64,000 bases of DNA from Candidatus Latescibacterota bacterium (GCA_965116885.1 OZ220741.1:2016001-2080000), one strand, 5' to 3'; positions 1 to 10,400 are shown, numbered from the stretch's first letter. Notes: generated by a model not told the origin, from the letters alone. Numbers and translations are program-made.

Positions 1-881
1 AGGCTCCCATACGGCCGCTTGATGATATAACTGAATGTCTGTTTGAGAATGCCGAATTGGTCTCCCGAGAGGAGGTAAATGTCGTTCACACGCTGAAGAT
101 GATAGGCATTGGTCCTCGCAATCTCCTCGCCCATATGTCTCAGCATTGCGTCATTCAGCTTAGCTTCCAGGCGCTTCAAAGAGGCGGTTTCGGAAAGGCG
201 CATATAGATCTCGATGCGAGCGGCTCCCCGTGGAAGCCAGGTGTCCCAGTATCTGAATTCATTCCTCAAACTCTTCGGAGAGACGAGAAAATCAAAAAAG
301 ATCGTAGATGTATGCGGGATATCCTTCAGAACACCTGCCACACGGTATTCCCCTCCGAATAAGTAGTTTTCTACTGAAAGGACCTGACCGATGGGGTTCT
401 CGCTTCCAAAGAATCTTTGAGCTGCGGATTGCGTTACCAGGATTGATCCCGGTTCCCTGAGCACCCGCTGGGCTGGTCCCCCGGTATGTACGGGAAAGTG
501 AAACATCTCCATAAGTCCTTCATCGGCCAGACAGAAGATCTGCTCGAATACTCTGTCTTGATATTTTATCCAGGCGTCACGGCGATGCAGACGAACTACT
601 TGATTTACTTCTGGCATTTCTTCCCGAATAACCAGGCCAAGCGCGCCAGACAGTCGCTCTGAGTATGTGGATTGACCCTGTTCGGATCGCGTCTCTCGCA
701 AGACCCGGTAGAGCAGATGAGATTCTTTGTGAAAGCGGTCATAACTAAACTCATGCCGGATAAAGAGCGCGATAAGCATCACAGTGGTCATTCCTATGGC
801 AAGTCCCGCGATATTCAGTACAGCATATTGCTTGTTTTTCAGCAGGTATCGAATCAAGACTGCGATATAGTTCTTCAGCAT
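1..881 (-). CDS. MacB/FtsX-family ABC transporter permease, partial (runs off the left edge)
   Basis: Not in the ORF track. Manual translation from ATG at 881 gives MLKNYIAVLIRYLLKNKQYAVLNIAGLAIGMTTVMLIALFIRHEFSYDRFHK, the same N-terminus as the neighbouring permeases. GGAGA RBS upstream. Confidence 0.9.
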   Translation of the reverse strand, partial: MLKNYIAVLIRYLLKNKQYAVLNIAGLAIGMTTVMLIALFIRHEFSYDRFHKESHLLYRVLRETRSEQGQSTYSERLSGALGLVIREEMPEVNQVVRLHRRDAWIKYQDRVFEQIFCLADEGLMEMFHFPVHTGGPAQRVLREPGSILVTQSAAQRFFGSENPIGQVLSVENYLFGGEYRVAGVLKDIPHTSTIFFDFLVSPKSLRNEFRYWDTWLPRGAARIEIYMRLSETASLKRLEAKLNDAMLRHMGEEIARTNAYHLQRVNDIYLLSGDQFGILKQTFSYIIKRPYGS

Positions 882-895
882 GAAGCGATCTCCGA

Positions 896-3322
896 TCACT
901 CATAACGCAGCGCGTCAACTGGATTGGCGCGTGCAGCGCGGATGGCCTGAAAGCTGATGGTGCAGAATGCGATTAAAAGCACCAGCAGGCTGCCGGCGAG
1001 AAATACGCCTGGATCCAGGTCGATTCGGTAGGCAAAGCGATCCAGCCATGACCGGGTGAAGAGATATGCGGCAGGCCATGCCAGCAAACTTGCGATGATG
1101 ATGAGTACCGCAAATTCCTTCAATAGAAGACCCAGAATATCGCCAGATGACGCCCCAAGGACTTTGCGAACGCCTATTTCTTTGGTGCGAACTTCTGTGG
1201 TATAGGCAATCAGACCCAAAAGACCCAGACAGGCGACAAAAATGGCCAGGCCCGAAAGATAGGTGAAGGCTTTCTGAGTACGCATCTCGCCGCGGTAGAA
1301 GTTGTTTAAGAAATCATCGACAAAGAGGAATTTGAAGGCCTGGGCAGGCACAAAATCCTTCCAGACTGATGCGAGAAAGTCCAGTGTTTTGGGCAGGTTG
1401 TCCATACGCACTTTCACGGTGACATATTCGTACCAGGGGCGATATATAAGCATCAGGGGGCGCACGGGATTGTGCAGACTGCTGTTGTGAAAGTCTTTGA
1501 AAATACCGACGACAGTGAAATTGAAACCTCTACCCCCAAAACTCCCAAAGCGCAGGACGGTACCCGGCTTTGCGCCGCCCAATGCCTGAGCAGCTGTTTC
1601 GTTCAGGAGCAAGTTGAATTGGTCCTTATCAGTTAGGGCCAATGGCCTGCCTTCAAGGATGGGGATGTCATAGACCTCGGTAAATTTGTGATCCACCGAC
1701 AAGAAGTGGACATTCACGGAATCTGCGTGGTCCAGCCGTCTGACCAACGAGCGGTCAGTATTATTTTCATAACCGGGCGGAGCCTGAGAAACAGTCGCGC
1801 TCAGAACGTCGGGACTTGTTTCAAAACGGTCTCGAATGCTTTCAAAGTGCTCGCGCAAGCGTCGATCTTCTTTAATCAGGGGCATTGTAATTAAGCCCTC
1901 TTTTGCAAACCCGAGGTCGCGTGTGCGGATATAGTTTGTTTGCTGCCAGGCAATGAGGGTACCAATGACGAGGACCACCGAAATGGCAAATTGGAAAGTT
2001 ACCAGACTTCGTCGAAGTTGGGATCGTCCGCCGGTCTTCTGTCCTGATCCCTTTAGAACTTGCACAGCAGCAAAGGATGATAAGAACATTGCTGGATAGA
2101 TCCCGGCAGTTAGACCGACAAAGAGCGCGAGCAATGCAGCACCGACGACGGACCAGGCATTTAGCTGTAAAGAAGAAATTAGCAGGCTGTTGACTGTAGG
2201 AAGGGCAAGCTCGACAATAGCGAGTGCTAAAATAGCCGATATCCCGGCGAGGAGAACAGTCTCTCCGAGAAACTGGGTGACAAGCTGGGCGCGTGTGGAT
2301 CCCACGGCCTTGCGCACACCCACTTCCAGGGCGCGGTTCGCTCCCCGCGCTGTGGATAGGTTTACGAAATTGACACATGCCAGTGCCAAAATGATTGCTC
2401 CTACAAGGCCAAAAGTATAGCAACGGTTGATGTCCCCCTGCACAAGACCGTCCTGTTGGTCCAACACATCCATCTGCAATTGGAAATCGCGTCGGGCATA
2501 TAAATGCTGACGACGCAAGGGCATAAGGTCGTAGGTGTCACGCGGATCTGCGCCATTGTCCAGATGACGGCGTGCAAAATCATCCAGCTTGGGACGAAGA
2601 GATGACGGGGAAGCATCAGGCGCGAGCCGAACAAAGGTTTTCAGAACAAGGAATTTTGTTGTGGAAGACCACTGCCTTCCCCATGGTGGAGTTGTGAGTC
2701 CGGTGGTTCCTTCATAAGTGATTAACAGGTCAAACACAAACTCACCCGATGTGGCAGCCGGCTGGTCGCGGAGAATACCACCGATGTAAAAGTCGCCTTC
2801 CACCCACTTGTAGTAAATCTTGAGCGTTCGCCCGATAACTTCAGTGGTGCCAAAGAGCTTTTGTGCAAAACTTTCTGTGATATAGACGGTTCCAGGTGTT
2901 AATTCGGGTGGTTGGCTGCCGTCAATTAATGGAAAGGTGAAAAAGCGCAGAAAATTGGGATCGGTCACAGTACCGCGCACATCGAAGCCGCGATCTTCAA
3001 GGCCAGCCCACATGGGCCGCGTGATGAAGTGTGTCATATCCTCAATTTCCGGCAGTTCATCGACAAGTGTGGAGCCAGCCCGATATTGGGTGCCGAATGG
3101 ATAGTATGGAAGGCCGCCACCTGATGGGTGTACAAGTCGCATTACGCGATGAATGCGGTCTATGTCCCGATGATAGGCGTCATAGCTGAACTCGTGCTGC
3201 AAGAACAGACCGACGAGGATACAAGCCGCCATTCCCACGGCAAGGCCAAAGATGTTGACAAGCGTGTAAAGGCGATGCCGAAAAAGATTGCGGAAAGATG
3301 TGCGGAGATAGCTCAAAATCAT
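896..3322 (-). CDS. MacB/FtsX-family ABC transporter permease (duplicated architecture, ~808 aa)
   Basis: NIFGLAVGMA..EFSYD N-terminus; LACVNFVNLSTAR..EVGVRKAVG; RTKEIGVRKVLGAS; C-terminal ANPVDALRYE. Start placed at MILSYL (3322); the ORF track starts at 3334. Confidence 0.95.
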   Translation of the reverse strand: MILSYLRTSFRNLFRHRLYTLVNIFGLAVGMAACILVGLFLQHEFSYDAYHRDIDRIHRVMRLVHPSGGGLPYYPFGTQYRAGSTLVDELPEIEDMTHFITRPMWAGLEDRGFDVRGTVTDPNFLRFFTFPLIDGSQPPELTPGTVYITESFAQKLFGTTEVIGRTLKIYYKWVEGDFYIGGILRDQPAATSGEFVFDLLITYEGTTGLTTPPWGRQWSSTTKFLVLKTFVRLAPDASPSSLRPKLDDFARRHLDNGADPRDTYDLMPLRRQHLYARRDFQLQMDVLDQQDGLVQGDINRCYTFGLVGAIILALACVNFVNLSTARGANRALEVGVRKAVGSTRAQLVTQFLGETVLLAGISAILALAIVELALPTVNSLLISSLQLNAWSVVGAALLALFVGLTAGIYPAMFLSSFAAVQVLKGSGQKTGGRSQLRRSLVTFQFAISVVLVIGTLIAWQQTNYIRTRDLGFAKEGLITMPLIKEDRRLREHFESIRDRFETSPDVLSATVSQAPPGYENNTDRSLVRRLDHADSVNVHFLSVDHKFTEVYDIPILEGRPLALTDKDQFNLLLNETAAQALGGAKPGTVLRFGSFGGRGFNFTVVGIFKDFHNSSLHNPVRPLMLIYRPWYEYVTVKVRMDNLPKTLDFLASVWKDFVPAQAFKFLFVDDFLNNFYRGEMRTQKAFTYLSGLAIFVACLGLLGLIAYTTEVRTKEIGVRKVLGASSGDILGLLLKEFAVLIIIASLLAWPAAYLFTRSWLDRFAYRIDLDPGVFLAGSLLVLLIAFCTISFQAIRAARANPVDALRYE

Positions 3323-3351
3323 TTTGTCCCCCATCCTGAAGCGTTGGTTAT

Positions 3352-5787
3352 TTAATGTTTTAATGCCTCCACAGGATTAATATGAGCCGCTTTCAATACC
3401 TGGGGTATCACGGAAAATATAGATATCGTAAAGGCACATATTCCGCCTACCAAGAAAGGAAATACTGTCATGTCAATTCGATATGCGAATCCCTGTAGCC
3501 AACTCATGATAGCCATATAGGAGATGGGTCCTGCCAACAGGTAGGCAAATAAAAAAAGCTTAAAAGACTCTGTAAGCATTAACGTGATGATATTGGTTTC
3601 TGACGCACCCAGCACCTTCCGGATCCCTACTTCCTTTCTCCTCTGTTCGGTCATAAACGAAACAAGGCCCAAAAGCCCCAGGCAAGCTACAAAGATGGAC
3701 AGCATAGAGAACACCCCAATAGCTTTGCTCAATTGACGTTCATTTTCATATTGCAGCATTAAATCATCATCCAGGAAAGTATAGCTGAAGGGGCGAGAAG
3801 GTAGAAATTGTTCCCAGGTCTGCTTCATAAACGCTACTGTTTCGTCGAAGTATTCAGGTGAGACTCTAAGGTAGAGTGTTTTAGCAACATAATCACTGGG
3901 ACATAATACCATAGGTTCAATGGATTCATACAAAGATTGCGTGTGATAGTTTTTTACGACACCTACAACGACGCCTGATTCCTGTCCTTTAAATCCGAAT
4001 CTTTTGCCTATAGGCTCTGTCCATCCCAGTGTCTTAATAGCTGCTTCATTGAGGATATATTCCTGTTCCCCTGTAAAAAAGTTACTTACAGCATTTTTTG
4101 AAAAATTTCGGCCAGCAATCAATTCAATGTCAAAAAACGGAATAAAGTCTTCATCAACCTCGTTTATTTGCATCCACCGCTCGTTTTGTTCACCTTGATA
4201 AGCATCGAAGGAATTAAGGGGTGCATCTATTCCGTGCTTAAAACGCGATATGGTGGCTCTGGTAATGTTCGGATGTTGTAAGAATGCTTGTTTTACAACA
4301 TTATACCTTTTATTCAGGGAATCGCTCATCCCATCTGGTGATTTGCGATGTTCCCAGAAGATCGGCATTGCGATTACCTGATCTTTGGCGAAACCAAGGT
4401 TCTTATTTTGGATATAGTGTACCTGTTCGAGCACAATAAATGTCACAACAATCAGGACGATTGAGATCCCAAATTGAAATATGATGAGGGCTTGCCGCAG
4501 TACCTTACCTCGGGATCCAGTATCAAGCCTTCCTCCCAACGTTTCTATCGGTCGAAAGTGCGATAAATAAAAGGCTGGATAAAATCCCCCTAAAAGGCTT
4601 ACCAATAGCGCCAATCCCAGAAATTTCAGTATTAAACCGCTGTTGAAATCCAGGGAGAGATTGATTCCCGCATAGGTATTAAATATTGGAAGTGCGAGTT
4701 CTACGATGCTAATGCCGATAACTAAACTTATAATTGCCAATAAGGATGATTCTCCTATGAACTGACATATCAAATTGTTTCGACTGGCACCAACGACTTT
4801 CCGAAGACCAACCTCTCTGGCTCTGTTTGCAGACCGTGCAGTTGCCAAATTTGTGAAGTTGATACAAGCAATAAGCAAAATAAAAATTGCTGCAAAAAAT
4901 ACCGTGTTGACCTGTGTGATGTTACCTTGAGGTATTTTGCCCTCAGATGCAAAGGTATGCCTGAGATCGTAATCCCGTTGGGAATAAAGATAAACTTTCT
5001 CTAAAGGCTGTAAAAAGTACTCCATGTTTACGGCAATCTCCCGTCCCATATGGCGTTCAATAAATGCGGGAAATTTAGATTCGAGAGAGGCTGGAGAAAT
5101 GTCCTTTTTTAATAGTACATAAATGGAAAATGCACGCCATCTGGCGCTGGGTTGCCATTCATGCCAGGTGGTAAATTCTGGGTGAACTGAGGATGAAAGA
5201 AAATCAAATTGCAATGTGCTATGCCTTGAGACATCGCGCATGATACCAGCAATCGTATAATCCCCCTCGACGTAACCTTCTCCTACATTGATCACCTTTC
5301 CAATTGGGTCTTTCTCTCCAAAAAACTTTTTTGCGGCTGATTCGGTTATCAAAACCGAGTTGGGTTGTAATAACGTTGTTTTATCTCCGCGAATAAGAGG
5401 AAACGTGAAAATATCCAGAAAATTGGGATCGGCGAGGCAAAAGGCTTGATTAAAAATCTTATCTTCGTGTTGAATCCATTCACGACGTATCATAATGCGA
5501 ACGGCTTCCTCAACTTCGGGAAGATCTTGAATCAGTGCAGGGCCTGCCGCGCCAGACAATCTCCAATCATATACTTTTTCCCTATTTTCAGACTTATATG
5601 CTCGAATCACACGATAAATGCGATCCCGATTCTCATGTTGGACATCATAGCTATATTGATCCTGAATAAATAGCATGATCAAGATTACAGAGGCGATACC
5701 TATTCCGAGTCCAATGATGTTTATAGCGGAATAAAATTTATATTTAAGCAGATTTCGAACTGCTATGAGGATATAATTGCGAAACAT
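3352..5787 (-). CDS. MacB/FtsX-family ABC transporter permease
   Basis: IACINFTNLATARS..REVGLRKVVGA; RRKEVGIRKVLGAS; NPVEALKH. Visibly more AT-rich than its paralogs. Confidence 0.95.
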   Translation of the reverse strand: MFRNYILIAVRNLLKYKFYSAINIIGLGIGIASVILIMLFIQDQYSYDVQHENRDRIYRVIRAYKSENREKVYDWRLSGAAGPALIQDLPEVEEAVRIMIRREWIQHEDKIFNQAFCLADPNFLDIFTFPLIRGDKTTLLQPNSVLITESAAKKFFGEKDPIGKVINVGEGYVEGDYTIAGIMRDVSRHSTLQFDFLSSSVHPEFTTWHEWQPSARWRAFSIYVLLKKDISPASLESKFPAFIERHMGREIAVNMEYFLQPLEKVYLYSQRDYDLRHTFASEGKIPQGNITQVNTVFFAAIFILLIACINFTNLATARSANRAREVGLRKVVGASRNNLICQFIGESSLLAIISLVIGISIVELALPIFNTYAGINLSLDFNSGLILKFLGLALLVSLLGGFYPAFYLSHFRPIETLGGRLDTGSRGKVLRQALIIFQFGISIVLIVVTFIVLEQVHYIQNKNLGFAKDQVIAMPIFWEHRKSPDGMSDSLNKRYNVVKQAFLQHPNITRATISRFKHGIDAPLNSFDAYQGEQNERWMQINEVDEDFIPFFDIELIAGRNFSKNAVSNFFTGEQEYILNEAAIKTLGWTEPIGKRFGFKGQESGVVVGVVKNYHTQSLYESIEPMVLCPSDYVAKTLYLRVSPEYFDETVAFMKQTWEQFLPSRPFSYTFLDDDLMLQYENERQLSKAIGVFSMLSIFVACLGLLGLVSFMTEQRRKEVGIRKVLGASETNIITLMLTESFKLFLFAYLLAGPISYMAIMSWLQGFAYRIDMTVFPFLVGGICAFTISIFSVIPQVLKAAHINPVEALKH

Positions 5788-5809
5788 CGTAATATCTCCT
5801 TTGGAGGAC

Positions 5810-6439
5810 TCAATCTGAATTCGTACCCGAAGCTATGAATATACCGATGCTGGCGAATTCGCCGCCACAACTCGACTGCGTTTCGCAACATGTGCCGATG
5901 CTGTCAATATATATGTCTCTCAGTCCCGCGCTCTGAAACCATTCTGCGATGTCTGCTCGTTTGAAACCCATCCAGCGGTCGTGGTGTTCTTCCCGCAAGA
6001 AGTCGAATTCGTGCTCGTCCAGATCTGTGATTACCAGTTTACCAGCGGGCTTCAGGGTTCGGACCATTTCTGCGATTGCTTCTGGCGGGGATTCAACGTG
6101 GTGGAGATACATGTTGGCAAAAGCATAGTCAACTGTTGCATCGGGAATGGGCAGGTTTTGGGCTTGTCCAACGCGATAGTCAATCGTCTTAATGTCCGCG
6201 AATTTTCTCTTCATTTCTTTCAGGATTGCTTCAGACTGATCAACTGCAATGACCTGAAGTCCCTTCTGTATCAGACCTTCAGAGATAAAGCCTGTGCCCG
6301 CGCCAATGTCAGCGGCAATTTTGCCTTTTTGGATAGCGGCGGTAGAAAGTGCTTCTTCCCTGACTTCATCGGAGAAGAAGTTTTCGCGCATTTCGTCCCA
6401 GTCCTGGGCAACGCGATCAAAATAGTCCTTACTGTTCAT
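5810..6439 (-). CDS. Class I SAM-dependent methyltransferase (UbiE/Methyltransf_11-like)
   Basis: ADIGAGTG motif I; ANMYLHHV; EMVRTLKPAGKLVITD; Cys-rich C-terminus. Confidence 0.9.
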   Translation of the reverse strand: MNSKDYFDRVAQDWDEMRENFFSDEVREEALSTAAIQKGKIAADIGAGTGFISEGLIQKGLQVIAVDQSEAILKEMKRKFADIKTIDYRVGQAQNLPIPDATVDYAFANMYLHHVESPPEAIAEMVRTLKPAGKLVITDLDEHEFDFLREEHHDRWMGFKRADIAEWFQSAGLRDIYIDSIGTCCETQSSCGGEFASIGIFIASGTNSD

Positions 6440-6469
6440 TGGTATTTATTCCTTGCTGCAAAAGGTATA

Positions 6470-7276
6470 TCAGGAATACCTGAATAGATGGGTTTGCCAT
6501 CTCGATAAGGGGCTGTGTTGCGTTTGATTGAACAGCTCCAAAGCGGCTCGAGCGTCCAGGCTTTCAGATGGTTGCAATGGGTTGCAGAAGGTGTATTCGA
6601 GGCCGCCTCTGTTTTCTTCAAGCGCGTATGATTCCAAACAGTGCATCAGGTCTGGTCGTTCAAGATCAAATGGAACACTATCCGTGGTCGCCAGGACGCC
6701 TTCGTGATGGAATCCCGGGACGTCTTTCTCCAAATTGGTGATCCGCGGCTGGCCGTACTGATAGGAAATGCTGAGGAATACACAACCCCCGCTGATGAGG
6801 AATTCTCTGGCACCGCGCAGGACGATTCTTCTGTACCCGAATCCGTCGTCGTTTTCGCTGGACGGTGGGTTGGCCAGGATAAAATTCACTTTTCCTTTCA
6901 GGCTTTCCAGTTCACGGCGGTCCGTGTCGGAAAACGGCTCGAAGGAGTCAGAGCGCATGAATTTGGTTTTTGCTGCGACCCTGTTCAACCGTGCGTTCTC
7001 ACTGGCTGTCGCCACGTCTTCTTCAGAGATGTCGAATCCAACTATGCGGTTCACTTCAGGAATCCGACTGGCAGCGATGGAGAGACATCCACCTCCGCAT
7101 CCCCAATCAATTCCAATGCCGTGAAGCAGGTGTTTGTGTACGCCGATGGCCTCGATTGAGATACGAGTGGCTGGGGTAATAGGAGACGTTTCGGGTGGAT
7201 GCTGAAGTGTGATTTTGCCAAGTCCATACGTCGCGTCGTTTTTCAAAGTGGTCTGGTGTCTTGATATCTGTTCCAT
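6470..7276 (-). CDS. SAM-dependent methyltransferase, HemK/PrmC/MTS-like
   Basis: IDWGCGGG motif I and ILANPP amino-methyltransferase motif IV; GGAG RBS. Confidence 0.8.
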   Translation of the reverse strand: MEQISRHQTTLKNDATYGLGKITLQHPPETSPITPATRISIEAIGVHKHLLHGIGIDWGCGGGCLSIAASRIPEVNRIVGFDISEEDVATASENARLNRVAAKTKFMRSDSFEPFSDTDRRELESLKGKVNFILANPPSSENDDGFGYRRIVLRGAREFLISGGCVFLSISYQYGQPRITNLEKDVPGFHHEGVLATTDSVPFDLERPDLMHCLESYALEENRGGLEYTFCNPLQPSESLDARAALELFNQTQHSPLSRWQTHLFRYS

Positions 7277-7284
7277 TATGTCTC

Positions 7285-9720
7285 CTACTCATCCCGCAGC
7301 GCGTCAACCGGGTTGGCGTTGGCTGCCCGCCAGGCTTGTCCGCCTACGGTGATGAGCACAATTCCCAGTGTCAATAGCCCTGTGGCAATGAACATGAGTG
7401 GCTCCAGTTCGATGCGATAGGCGAAATCATTGAGCCAGGAGGACATGAGATAGTAGGCCACTGGCCATCCGATTACGTTGGCTATGACAGTGAGCCACAG
7501 GAAATTGCGGGTCAGCAACAGAATGATTTTGCCTTCTGACGCACCGAGTACTTTGCGAATGCCGATCTCTTTGGTGCGCTGTTGTGTGGCGAACGCGATC
7601 AATCCGAGCATTCCCAAACAGCTAATAAAGATGGACAGCGCGGCAAAAATCCCGCACACCTTTTGCAGGGTTATCTCCGACTGGTAATACGTATCGAGCA
7701 CTTCGTCGAAGAATTGATACTCAAAAGGTCGGCCCGGCAAAAACTGCTTCCACACGCTTTCCAGCGTGGCGAGTTGTGTCCTCAGGTCCCCAGGTGCCAG
7801 GCGTACGGCGACCCAATGCAAACTGGGGGAGTTTTCCAATATCATGGGTGCAATGCCGTGGTGCAGTGACTGGTTGTGGTAATCCTTGACTAAGCCGATT
7901 ACCCGGGTCTGAATCCGACCACTAGAAGAAAAAAAAGACTTGCCCACGGGATCGTCCCATCCGAGTTCCCGTGCGGCTGTCTCATTGATCAATGCGGAAC
8001 CTTCCCATTTGTTTTCGTCGATTCTGCGAAAGTTAGGCATACCAATCAGACTCCTGCCCGATACAATGGACAATCCGAACAGATCGAGATAACTGTCGTC
8101 AATGCCGTTCCAGTATAGCTTGAATGTCGCATCGCCATGCCCTTCGGCGCGCAGAATGCGTCTATCTACAGCGATCCGCCCAGGCGGTGTGTGAAATGCC
8201 GATGCTTTCAACACACCCGGTTGTGCGCGAAATTCATTGACGATGGCTCCCGCCTTTGGCCGCAGTCCCCGGTCTTTCAAAAAGAACGGCATCATGACAA
8301 TGTGTTCCTTTTCAAATCCCAGTTCTTTGGTACGCACGAATGAGAGCTGACTATACACCACCAGCGTCGTGATGATCAAGACCACAGATATGCCGAACTG
8401 CAGCACAACCATCAGTTGATTCAATCCCATGCGCCGAGATTGTAGTGTGCCTTTTAACGCGCGAACCGGCTCGAATGCCGATAAGACAAATGATGGATAG
8501 CTCCCGGCGAGCAGGCCCGTACCCAATAATACGCATAATGAAAATGCCAAGACGAAGACTGAACTTGCGTCGGTCAAATGCAGATTGACGTCCATGAATT
8601 CATTAAAAAAGGGCAGTGTGTTGGAGGCAAATAATACTGCCAGCACACCTGCCAGTAAGACGATGAGCATGGACTCGCCCAAGAATTGACCCATCAATTG
8701 TAGCCGTGTCGCGCCTACGACCTTGCGCATGCCAACTTCGCGTAGCCGACTGGCTGACCGCGCCGTTATCAGGTTGATGTAATTGATGCAGGCGATCAAT
8801 AGCACGAGTAGTCCAATGAATAGCAGCGTATAACAGCGCGTGATATCCCCGGCATTGATCTCCGCTGTGCCGTAATCCTGCATGGAGTACAAATGGATGC
8901 GGTCGAGCGGTTGCAAATAGAAATCATAGCGTTCGGGACCGTCAAGCTGATGGTCGGCTGCAAATGCGTGTAGTTTTTTCTCCAGTTCAGCAACATCGGC
9001 TCCCTGGCGTAACAATACATAAGTCCGCAATGGTCCGATAAACCAATTTGAAGGCCACTCGTCCCACACCAGTCGTCGCCATCCGTTTTCCGGATATTTC
9101 TCCGATGGTTGTGGATATGTGGTGGTGAGAAAGTCGAACTGTAGCTTGTCATTTGATGTCTTTGGTTGGTTCTTCAGAATACCGGTGACTGTGAAATCGC
9201 CCTTAAACCATTTGTAGTGAATATTGACGGTTTTGCCTATGGGGTCTTCATTGCCGAATAGCTTGTGAGCCAGTGTCTGAGAGAGATACGCGGTATGGGG
9301 ATCGTTTAGTCCGGTTTTGGGATCGCCGACCACCATCGGGAGCGTAAAGACATCGAACATCTCTGCATCGGTTATGCACACGCGCGTATTGACGCCGCGA
9401 TCTTCGTTAGATGCCCACATGCCTCTGACGAGCATCCGGCTCACTGCCTCAACTTCGGGGAATTTGTCGCGCAGATGCGGGGCGACGGGCTTTGTCCCCA
9501 GGTCGTAGCGCTCGCCACTGACATCCTTGATTTTTCGGATGACCCGGTAAATGCGGTCGCTCTTTTCGTGGTGCTGGTCAAAACGAAACTGATAACCCAC
9601 GTACAATACCGCCAGCAACATACACGCAATACCCACAGCCAATCCCAGGATATTCAGGATTGAATAGAAGGCGTGCCGCCGCAGATTTCTGAATCCAACG
9701 GTGAGGTAATTCCAGAGCAT
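7285..9720 (-). CDS. MacB/FtsX-family ABC transporter permease (first gene of the array)
   Basis: NILGLAVGIA; IACINYINLITARS..REVGMRKVVGA; RTKEIGIRKVLGAS; ANPVDALRDE; GGAGG RBS. Confidence 0.95.
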   Translation of the reverse strand: MLWNYLTVGFRNLRRHAFYSILNILGLAVGIACMLLAVLYVGYQFRFDQHHEKSDRIYRVIRKIKDVSGERYDLGTKPVAPHLRDKFPEVEAVSRMLVRGMWASNEDRGVNTRVCITDAEMFDVFTLPMVVGDPKTGLNDPHTAYLSQTLAHKLFGNEDPIGKTVNIHYKWFKGDFTVTGILKNQPKTSNDKLQFDFLTTTYPQPSEKYPENGWRRLVWDEWPSNWFIGPLRTYVLLRQGADVAELEKKLHAFAADHQLDGPERYDFYLQPLDRIHLYSMQDYGTAEINAGDITRCYTLLFIGLLVLLIACINYINLITARSASRLREVGMRKVVGATRLQLMGQFLGESMLIVLLAGVLAVLFASNTLPFFNEFMDVNLHLTDASSVFVLAFSLCVLLGTGLLAGSYPSFVLSAFEPVRALKGTLQSRRMGLNQLMVVLQFGISVVLIITTLVVYSQLSFVRTKELGFEKEHIVMMPFFLKDRGLRPKAGAIVNEFRAQPGVLKASAFHTPPGRIAVDRRILRAEGHGDATFKLYWNGIDDSYLDLFGLSIVSGRSLIGMPNFRRIDENKWEGSALINETAARELGWDDPVGKSFFSSSGRIQTRVIGLVKDYHNQSLHHGIAPMILENSPSLHWVAVRLAPGDLRTQLATLESVWKQFLPGRPFEYQFFDEVLDTYYQSEITLQKVCGIFAALSIFISCLGMLGLIAFATQQRTKEIGIRKVLGASEGKIILLLTRNFLWLTVIANVIGWPVAYYLMSSWLNDFAYRIELEPLMFIATGLLTLGIVLITVGGQAWRAANANPVDALRDE

Positions 9721-9774
9721 ATCGGGCCTCCGTCTCTATTGTGCAGTAAAGTACAACGGGTTATACAATTGTGA

Positions 9775-9791
9775 AGCAAAAATTATGCCAG
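9775..9791 (-). promoter_or_regulatory. Sigma54 (-24/-12) promoter of the permease array
   Basis: Minus strand reads CTGGCATAATTTTTGCT, with GG and GC at the spacing of the TGGCAC-N5-TTGCW consensus; 54 nt upstream of the ATG at 9720. Confidence 0.8.
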
Positions 9792-9853
9792 AAAAGTCAA
9801 ATATTGGAATTACAACAGGTTACGAAAATCATCTGAATTTAGCGTCTTGTAAA

Positions 9854-9892
9854 GTGTCCGATTTTGATACAGTGGTGTCCGAAAATGAACAC
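9854..9892. promoter_or_regulatory. Two tandem imperfect palindromes, putative enhancer sites for a sigma54 activator
   Basis: GTGTCCGATTTTGATACA (9854) and GTGTCCGAAAATGAACAC (9875) start 21 bp apart. An IHF-like TTACAACAGGTTA (9810-9822) lies between them and the -24 box. Confidence 0.65.
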
Positions 9893-9984
9893 TTGATCGT
9901 AGAGAAACGTTAGCTGTGAAAAATTCGTGAACCTTATGACAAAAACTGAATCTATTGTATGAACGCGCGTATTGGAGTACTCTG

Positions 9985-10170
9985 ATGAATAATTCATTAC
10001 CAGGCGACAAGACCCTGGTTGATAAAGCCTGTGGTGGCGATGAGAGAGCATTTGCCGATCTGATTAACCAGCACCGATCTCTGGTGTTTGGGGTTATATG
10101 GGCTGTGCTGCGAGATGCTGATGATACCGAAGATGCCACGCAAGAGACATTTATCCGAAACTGCGCGTAA
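9985..10170 (+). pseudogene. ECF sigma-70 factor, N-terminal fragment (region 2) truncated at the IS left end
   Basis: DKTLVDKACGGDERAFADLINQHRSLVFGVIWAVLRDADDTEDATQETFIR is typical ECF region 2. The frame reads into the IS end and stops; region 4 is absent. GGAG RBS. Confidence 0.85.
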
Positions 10171-10260
10171 AACCCACTCGCAGAGAGCTTTAGCGTTGGG
10201 TCGCATGGCGAAGCGCATAGAATCCCTGCTTTCGCAGGGACATGCTTATGGGGGATTACT

Positions 10261-10362
10261 TTAGCATGGTGGCACATTGCTCAAGGCAATGTGGGCGGTG
10301 GAGCGGTGTACAAGTGCGCCAGCACTTCATCAACCAAAATCATCCGTTTACAGACCACATAA
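10261..10362 (-). pseudogene. tnpA: Degenerate IS200-type tnpA (Y1/HUH transposase) remnant
   Basis: Minus strand reads YVVCKRMILVDEVLAHLYTAPPPTLP*, resembling fused TnpA segments (xHxVWCPKxRxxxLxxEV and HLFIxAPPT). Divergent from tnpB, as in IS605. Confidence 0.45.
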
Positions 10363-10365
10363 AAC

Positions 10366-10400
10366 TTGCATAACTTACTGTTTTTATGTATATTTATACT
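10366..10400 (+). promoter_or_regulatory. Sigma70-type promoter for tnpB, probably leaderless
   Basis: TTGCAT-17 nt-TATATT, followed 6 nt later by ATG 10401; no SD sequence. Confidence 0.55.
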
